Positions 52,518-64,000 of a stretch of 64,000 nucleotides of DNA are shown here, in pieces (the first letter of the stretch is position 1; each line of letters begins with the position of its first letter). A program made the translations under genes and the position numbers. Below the pieces are notes generated by a model that was given only the letters and a program-made list of their open reading frames with translations, made no database searches and was not told where the DNA came from. Origin of the DNA: the human T2T-CHM13v2.0 reference genome, Homo sapiens; NCBI RefSeq assembly GCF_009914755.1, contig NC_060944.1. One strand, written 5' to 3'.

Positions 52518-52914
52518 AACATTATGTTTTTGAGAAGGTCCCATTTTTTCTTAATTTAAAGCTCAGTCCAATGAATATCTGTAACAAAGGGTTAGTGAAA
52601 TCCCAGTCCAAAATTATCATCTTTTGAAGGTAATTCAGATGGACATTTCTTGAGTTATCAAAATGTATAATATTATCTATTCAAATCTTTTCTGTTTTAT
52701 TAATTAAACTCAGGAGATTAAAGTACCTTGCCATGACATTGAAACTAGTAAAACAGCCAAATATGAAAACCAAGCATGCTGGGAAAATCCTAATAATGAT
52801 GGAATGGCTACCAAGTCTTTGTTATTCCCTTGGATAGTAGCACACCTTGGAAAGACTTAGCAAAGCCCAGATTTCAGGAAAGTAGAAAAATTGCATTTAA
52901 TGCTTTGATTATAA

Positions 52915-53240
<326 letters not shown>

Positions 53241-53464
53241 ATCTCGTGAGTTTTAATGCAACTGGCAGTTGACTGTGGGTCCTAACCATGGGCTCTGTTT
53301 TTCTCAAATGTAAAATTATTGGCCGATGTGGAAGACCATCCATCCTGTAGGGTGAGGCCCTGCTTTTTATAAGGTAATGGAAGAGTATGCTATTCAATAT
53401 CAAGTTAAAAATAACTTTTACCAGTGTGGAAAAGAAATGAGCAGGGAAACCTATTGACCATTAG

Positions 53465-54002
53465 GCTTAGTTTTCTGTTTGGTGCCCCAACTTCACTCCA
53501 TCTGCTATCTTTTGGATCTCCAGGGTTTTCTTTCCTACTCCTTACCCCAGAAAGCTGCATTATTCTGGCTCCCTGAGCAACTGACTTCAGTCTGAGTTTC
53601 ACCAGTGGGAGGTGCTGTCACGCTATTGGAGGGCAGAAGAAGAGCAGCATGAAATGGTTATTTGGTTATTCCCTATTCCCTTCTGCTTCTGCATCACATT
53701 TCTGGCAATGGCTGAATATCTCCCTAACTACAGCTCCCAACAGGCAACCTCTCTTTCATGGTTCCAGCTCTTACCAGTTACAATAATTCTATTTCTATCA
53801 CAACCCCTTCTTCCACCCCTACCCCAATTCTTCCAGTCCAGGGGTCACAATAGCACCCCACAGTGGCTATTTCCTGGGTTTACCAACTTCTTTTGTTGGT
53901 TCTTCCAGCCTGCTTACACCTCCGACTTTTTTCCTCATTAAAGTCTCTTCACTTAATTTATCTGATTTGAATTTGTCTCTTTACTGAGATCTTGACCAAT
54001 AC
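53465..54002 (+). mobile_element. Old ERVL LTR (LTR33-like)
   Basis: ccagtgggaggtgctg..attggagggcagaag; cattaaagtctcttca..tgaccaatac end. Confidence 0.55.
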
Positions 54003-54011
54003 CTGATTTTT

Positions 54012-56629
<2,618 letters not shown>

Positions 56630-57204
56630 GACCAATACCTGATTTTTAAGCCTAAGGTTAGGAACACATAGGAAAAATCAAGGTGAGTATTAAAAATTAG
56701 TAGAAGGAGACCGTTTAGTGTACTACTCAGATTAGTAGCTCTTTGTACAGTCATCCTCAATAAATGGGTGCTTCTGATGACTTACTTTTTTTTCTTTCTT
56801 TCTGATAAATTGTTCTTATTAAGGAATTCTATTAAGTCATCATGGAAGATGTTATCTTCTAATTTTACTTGATGCACAATTTGGAAATATAATTAGTTTA
56901 CTGAATAATATCATCAAGGTTCAAAGAGGACTCGGTGATCTGGAATTCTAGATACGTAGAATAGAAATTCTGAAATTGCATGCAAATCTTAAGTATGTGT
57001 GTATAAATATACATATACTGAGTGATTTGCTTTGCAACATGGTGATTTGGCTGTTTAGAAATATTAATGATATTTGAACATCATTAAATGAAGTCAAAGG
57101 CCAGCTATACCCTGCAACAGTCAGACCACATATGGTGACATGCTGCCACTTAGGGGCACTATGATAAACAGGTAAACAACCAAGAGAGCTGTGTGGCAAC
57201 TAGT

Positions 57205-57425
57205 TTCAAGCTCAGGGTTTTAAGAGCTAGATTTAGGGGCCTGGGTTTTACTCACATCTTCCTCCGGTGCTAGCTGTGAAATTTGGACAAGCAGCATATC
57301 TTTTGCTCATCTCTGAAATGGGAGACCTAAGACCATGGGAATACTCATTAAGTGAATGTACATGAAGTGATGCCTGACACATTCCAAAAACTCTCCAGAC
57401 AATACCTAGAATACTACTAATAATT
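57205..57425 (+). mobile_element. MIR
   Basis: cctgggtttta..agctgtgaaatttggacaag..ctcatctctgaaatggg..tgcctgacaca. Confidence 0.65.
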
Positions 57426-59291
57426 ACCAGTGTGTAATTGGTCTGGAAACCACATGTTGTGAGTAACAGTCTAGGGAACTGGGAACAATTCAGTTTATGG
57501 ACAAACATACTGAGGGATAGAGTAGGCCGCTTTCAAAATGTGAAAGATTGTCCAAGAGGAGAGAAAATTGTTCTAGGAAGGCAGGAGACTCTCAGTGAAA
57601 GGTACAGAGGAATATAATTTGGTCCAGTAGCAGAAATACCTTTCTAACTCCTAGAGCTGTCCAACAAGGAAATAGGCTGATAAGCAATGTCCTTTTGAGC
57701 CATTAGTCAACAAAGGCTGGATAATCACTATGCGGAATATGATTTTAGCAGGAACTCCTGCAATAAGGGCTGAAGTGGGGGAGGGCAAGGACAGGGGAAA
57801 AGGTCACAACATGACCCTTAATTTCCCTTTACACTCTACAATTTCAGACTCTATGTGTGTGTTGGACAGAATATCAGGAAAATGGCTGCCACCTTTGTTT
57901 GCATTCATGTTGTCCTCTTTCAAATCAGGCCCTTGGCAAAGGTCCTGAGACACATTGTCCAAACTTGCTATTGACAATCCTACATATATTTTCCTGTTCA
58001 GATGCTTTGGCCTGCCAGAGGCTCACTGGGTGTCATACAATAGTCTTCTGTGTCACCAGCCTTGCAGATTTCTTCAAGAAACTGTTTGTTGAGTAGGCGC
58101 TTACTAGCTGGAACAAATCCCTTTGCAAAGGTGTACCTTCCTTTTCTTGAACAGAATGAAAAATGTGTTGAGCAGGAAAAGAAACTTCACAGTATTTGTG
58201 TTTTTCTTTTGGCCCTTTCTGCTAGGTATCCTCACTCTAATTGAGCAGGCTCTGGAAACCTGAAACGCACATCAGTCTTGTGCCTTTTTCTGTTTCTTCC
58301 ACTAGCAGTTGATAATTATAGCTTTTCGTAGATACTCAGCACATTCCATGTTTTTGATGGGAGCAGAGCCTTTGTATGGCAAAATTGCTGATATACTTTT
58401 AACTAAATCTGTAGATGTGTTATGTTTAGAAGGCAGCGGAAGAAGCCTGAGCTGGCAGAATAATTGCTGTGTTAGGGCGCCACTGAAGACAAATAGTGTG
58501 CCCAAGATTGTGAAAATCCTTTCTTATAAAAACTTTTTCCAACACCAGGGTTCCTTTTGGGACAGAAATAACAATATCTGTTCTTTCTGAGAAAACTTGG
58601 AGAGAATGTCAATGTGATATCTCAGGGATAATTCATTTTTGAAAAAGGAGAGTCCTTTCTACTGAATACTTTTTATAAGGGACATTTTTAGCTTTGGAAC
58701 TGCATTTCTCTTCCCTGTCTGGATGTTAGCTGTTTGTATGAGTGGTGAGGACAAAAAGTAAAGGATTGCATCCCACAAAAACCAACCTCAATAGTTTAAG
58801 GTCACACAGATGGCTTTGAGGTAAGAAAGGAAATTACATCTCCTGAAAGGCAATGCACAGGCTATTGAATAGGATGAACTTGGAGGTCTCTTCTAGTCCT
58901 GAGATTTTATGATTCCATGATCACAGAAACTACTAGTGAATGTGATACTTCATATCTCATCCATTGGCTATTTCAAATGGCAACTAAAGTGAGAAGGGAA
59001 ATCATTTATTCTTAAATGCAAATTCAAACTAACAGAAATTGGATATATTTCTTGGTGTTCATGAGCATTGCCAGTAGTAAAATATATGTTTAGAGATAAG
59101 AAAATAAAAACAACTTATACTTATTGAATGCTTATGACATACCAGGTCCTATATCAAGCATTTTATATGCATCATAGATTCTATTATTGTCAACATCTTA
59201 TGGAGGAGGTAACTGAGGATTGTAGATATTCTGAAGCAGTGTCGTGAAGCTGACACTAAACACTCTTGGCTACCATAGCATCCTGCTTCTC

Positions 59292-59804
59292 TGTAGCAGA
59301 CGCTGGTGATTCATCACACCACATTTCTTTGGCACTCTGGATTTCAGCACAAGTGCTGTAGACAGTTAATTGCCTATCGCTAGTGTCCCGCTTCCTTCAA
59401 GTGCATGTGGGAAAGAAGGAGAGGGAAGAGAATCTGAAAGACCGTTCAGCAGGCAGGTGCAACTCAGAATTAAGAGAGAATAATATACTCTACCTAAGGA
59501 CAGCCCTCAACCAGTGGAATGATGGGGATGGTTTCCGGGTAAACTCCGACCCTCATTGTCCCGAAGGAGAACACTTCCGGGGCACATACTACAATCGTTT
59601 CTTAGAGTGTCCCTAACAGGGGTGAGCCCCCCACTCAATACACAGTGGTAAGAAACTCATTCCTGCGTTCTTCTAATACATCTTCCTTCCCTATCTCATT
59701 GTCTATGCTCCTCATTTCTGCATCCTAGGATCAGCTCCCAAATAAACTTCCTGCCCTCAAGTCCTTGACCAAAGTGCTGTTTTGGGGAGGAGTCAAAGTA
59801 AGAT
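59292..59804 (+). mobile_element. ERVL LTR (LTR16-like)
   Basis: tgtagcagacgctg start; ggatcagctcccaaataaacttcctgccctcaagtcctt..ttttgggg end. Confidence 0.75.
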
Positions 59805-61029
59805 TTTTTAAAGAACACACACGTTACTGCTATGTAGTTACAGGCATAATCTTACTAATGGACTATAATGTCCATCATACCATGGGGTTGATGGTCATAA
59901 AACCTAGGCGTATTTGGGAATATTTCTGTGACATTAAATCTCTAACTATATAATAGAAGCTAATGGTAGTATATTGAAATTTGTTCTTTGGAATTCAATT
60001 ATTCAATAAAATAAGAGAAATCTCTACCACACATTAGCATGACCCCGTTGAAGTCTTCAGAAAGCCTAATGATTTAGCATGACTATTTCAAGATCATTTT
60101 TCCTAGGCTTCCTCCCATCCTACTCCTGGAAGTGCTCTGCTATTAATTTCCTTTGTGGTCTTAGATAAGTCTCAGACTGCAGGTGAAATGATTAAATTCT
60201 CATTTCTCTTGAAAAATTTCACACGAAGTCTCTTTTCATCTATTTCAATACCTGATATTTAATTTGAATGGAGTATAACAACTACATTGATATAGGGAAA
60301 GTTTTATTGAATGAACAAAGCCATCACATAAATTTTTCTTTCATTTTTTTTTTTGTCAGTCTCTGAAATTAGTGAATAGGTAGAGACATCCATCAGTTGG
60401 ATCATTCTTAGGTAACATTTTGTTTATAAGAACAGGGCAGTGCTGGAATGTGGATTTACCCACAATTCTCACGTGAGATTTCTACCATTGTACTGCTGTT
60501 TTCTTCTTGTCTCTGATTTTTTTCAATCTCTGCTCCTCAAACATCCAGGTAGCTTTGATCAGTGCTTCAAGCAGAGTACTGGAGTAAGTAATATATTTTT
60601 CTATAACCTTGTAATGAAAGCATGATCTCTTCTTAAGGACTCTGTACTTAGCGAGGCATCTATCGGTGATTGTATACTTTGTAGATTTTATTTGGGTGGT
60701 TCTACCATCCTCCATTTATTACATATGACAAACTCAGTAAGATTAGGCTAAGAAGAACTGGTTCCTAGAAGCTAATGTTACCCTGGACAGTTAACAAAAT
60801 TTTTGTGAAAGTACTGTAGAGTTAGAAAACACACCAAATAGTACAATTCTCCACACTGGATTTCTTCAATTTACTGTTAAGTTGTAAAAAGTAGGCTTGT
60901 ACCTGATGAAAACATTTGGCAAATTTGTATGCAGTACCAGTGAAAAATATGCACAAATTGGCAAAATAAGGCAAGATTCTAACTGCTGTCCATGTTCAAG
61001 AACTATAACAGTAGTGGGGTGAATGCTAA

Positions 61030-61884
<855 letters not shown>

Positions 61885-62429
61885 TAAAAAAAACCTGTAG
61901 TATAGATCTTTGAGGAAATTATTTTAGTTTTGACATTCATTGCACAGTTGTCTGTAACCCAGTTAGGGAATTCTTTCCTATTTTTAAAATGAAAATAGCT
62001 GAGAGATTTGTGAGGAAAATTTGAAACAATGTTGATTCTGAATGTTTTTAAAAATTTCTAATATTTATGAAACAACTGTATCTCAGATGAGCTTCAATTT
62101 GCAAGGCATCATTCCATTTTCATTTTTAATTCTCTGTTCCAATGCCTCTGCTAAGAAATAAGCATTTTCTCATAGGAAGAGATTATTCCTTTTAACTTTT
62201 TTTCAATTTTAATTTTTATTCAGCCTCTTACCTTTTTGCTAAAACCAAAAGTTCAAAAGAAAGGTGATCAGGGCACTCCCAGGAATTTTTTAGCCATGTG
62301 AGAATATATGGTGAAATGATTCAAGTAGATGCAACATGGTCTACTGGAAAAGCACTGAGATTTTGAGGAGAAAACTTAGCTCTGCCATTAGTTAATTGTC
62401 ATCAAGGTCTTCCTATGAAAATTGTAGTT

Positions 62430-62830
62430 CAATTTTCAAACATTTATTGTTTTTCTCCAAAGTGCTAGGCATATGCTTTTGTGCTGGAGATGAAAGATGA
62501 ATAACATGTAGGTGCTGTTTTTGAAGAACATCACTGAAGAGAGAGTGAGCTAAAACAAATAATGATTTGTGTGCTAGAATAGAGCCAGGTTGTACAGAAA
62601 GGTTCTATTAATAGCGCTCAGTGATCCCTGCAAAAGAAGCATTTGATTCTGTCCAAAGAGATGAGTACAGAAAAAGCCAAAGAGAAGAAATGATATTTGA
62701 TTTGGGATTTTGAAGGATGAATAGGATTTAACCAGATGAATACATTGGAGGAAAGATATTCTGGTAGGAACACTGTGAGTAAACAACTGTAGGACTTTGG
62801 GAGGGATTGTGAGTAGAGTGTGCAAGACGG
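62430..62830 (-). mobile_element. L2 fragment
   Basis: caaacatttattg..gtgctaggc..ttttgaaggatgaataggattt. Confidence 0.65.
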
Positions 62831-63449
62831 AAAGTACGTTGGCATTATAATGATTCATCATCAACAACACCATGTTTGCTTGCCTGGTTGAATGTCCCTG
62901 AGTACACCAGCTGACATGGATGCCAGAATTCCAGCTATGAGAATTTCTCCTCTATTTATTTTAAACGTAGGTACAAATCAGTTCTCTTTGAACCCTGCCT
63001 GACTTTGCATCATGGTTTCTTCTCCTTATCTACTTCTTTGTGAATGTGATAACTCAACTTTGGAATTGTAACTTTGTTTCTGGCATCGCATCCTTCCTAA
63101 CATGCTCATTCCAAAAACTACTCTTTCACTGCACTACTTAGGCAAGAGGCCCCCGGCCATGAGTCTCAGAGTTCTCCTCCTCATATCACCAAAGTGTCCC
63201 ATGGGTTCCAGTGGAAGGTGAGCAATAACAGTATCTCCTGCAGCCACCTCACAGAACTGTTGTGAAGGATAGAGATGATAACAGATGGACCATGTATTCA
63301 CTTTGGAGGTAAATAGACTTGGATTTAAATCCTGAGTCTGACTGAGTAAGCCAAGTCAAGTTATTTAACTTCTATGGTCCTCGATATTCTCAGTTTCCTA
63401 TGATGGGGCTAATAGTACCTACTTGGTAGAATTATTGTGAGAATTTTCA

Positions 63450-63771
63450 TTCAATGAATGTGGACTGAACACTTGCTATATGTGGGCTACTATTCTAGGG
63501 CCTGGGGATGTAAAAGAGAAACAAGTCCTTGCCTCCTTGAATTCAGACTGTAAATAAACAATTAACTACATAATATAATATCAGAAAGAGTTTGGTGGCT
63601 GGAAGAATAGCAAAGGGTAAGGGGAGAGAGAGAGAGGAACAGAGTGAGAGTAGTGATATTGCAGAGGGTGTTCAAGGAAAGCATCTTACCTGCATGAAAT
63701 AAAGGGATAAACCATGTAGAAATCTGGAAGAAGAGTATTTCAGGCAGATGGAAGAGCATATACAAAACCTC
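63450..63771 (-). mobile_element. L2 fragment
   Basis: ctattctagggcctggggat..gggaagaagagtatttcaggcaga. Confidence 0.65.
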
Positions 63772-64000
63772 TGTTATGGACTAAGTTGTATCCCTCTAAA
63801 AGGCATGTGCTGAAGCCCTCACCCACAGTGTAACTGTATTTGAAAATAAGGCCTCTAAAGAAGTAATTAAGGTTAAATGAGGTCATAAGGGTGGGCTCTG
63901 ATCCCATGGACTGATGTCCTTTTAAGAAGAGGAAGACATCAGAGCTCACTCACTCTGTGCACACACAGAGGAAAGGCCATGTGAGGAGACAGGGGAAGGT
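63772..64000 (+). mobile_element. MaLR LTR (MLT1A/B-like), runs off the window
   Basis: tgttatggact..gtaattaaggttaaatgaggtcataagggtggg..aggccatgtgagga. Confidence 0.9.

Overview
This is AT-rich, repeat-dense primate (probably human) genomic DNA. It carries about 15 Alu/FAM elements, L1PA/L1M fragments, MaLR/ERV1/ERVL solo LTRs, hAT and Tigger MITEs, MIR/L2 and microsatellites. There is no intact protein-coding gene, RNA gene or CRISPR array, and the longer ORF-track entries are repeat-derived or chance ORFs. The main hidden signal is a string of about 12 exon-like segments on the + strand between ~0.5 and ~33.7 kb, many with canonical splice sites. Their translations, with stops and frameshifts, match the middle and C-terminal parts of the CatSper auxiliary subunits CATSPERE/CATSPERD in colinear order. 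I interpret this as a decayed, intron-containing paralogue (fossil gene), with one exon split by a MER47A transposon. The protein comparisons are against sequences recalled from memory and aligned by eye, so they need tBLASTn/HMM confirmation, and I cannot say whether the locus is already annotated. Other clear structures: a twin-primed, 5'-inverted L1PA with an 18-bp TSD, a 9-bp fold-back insertion inside it, and a 70-bp locally templated insertion at a hairpin inside a MER51 LTR. Repeat subfamily names are from recall and approximate.
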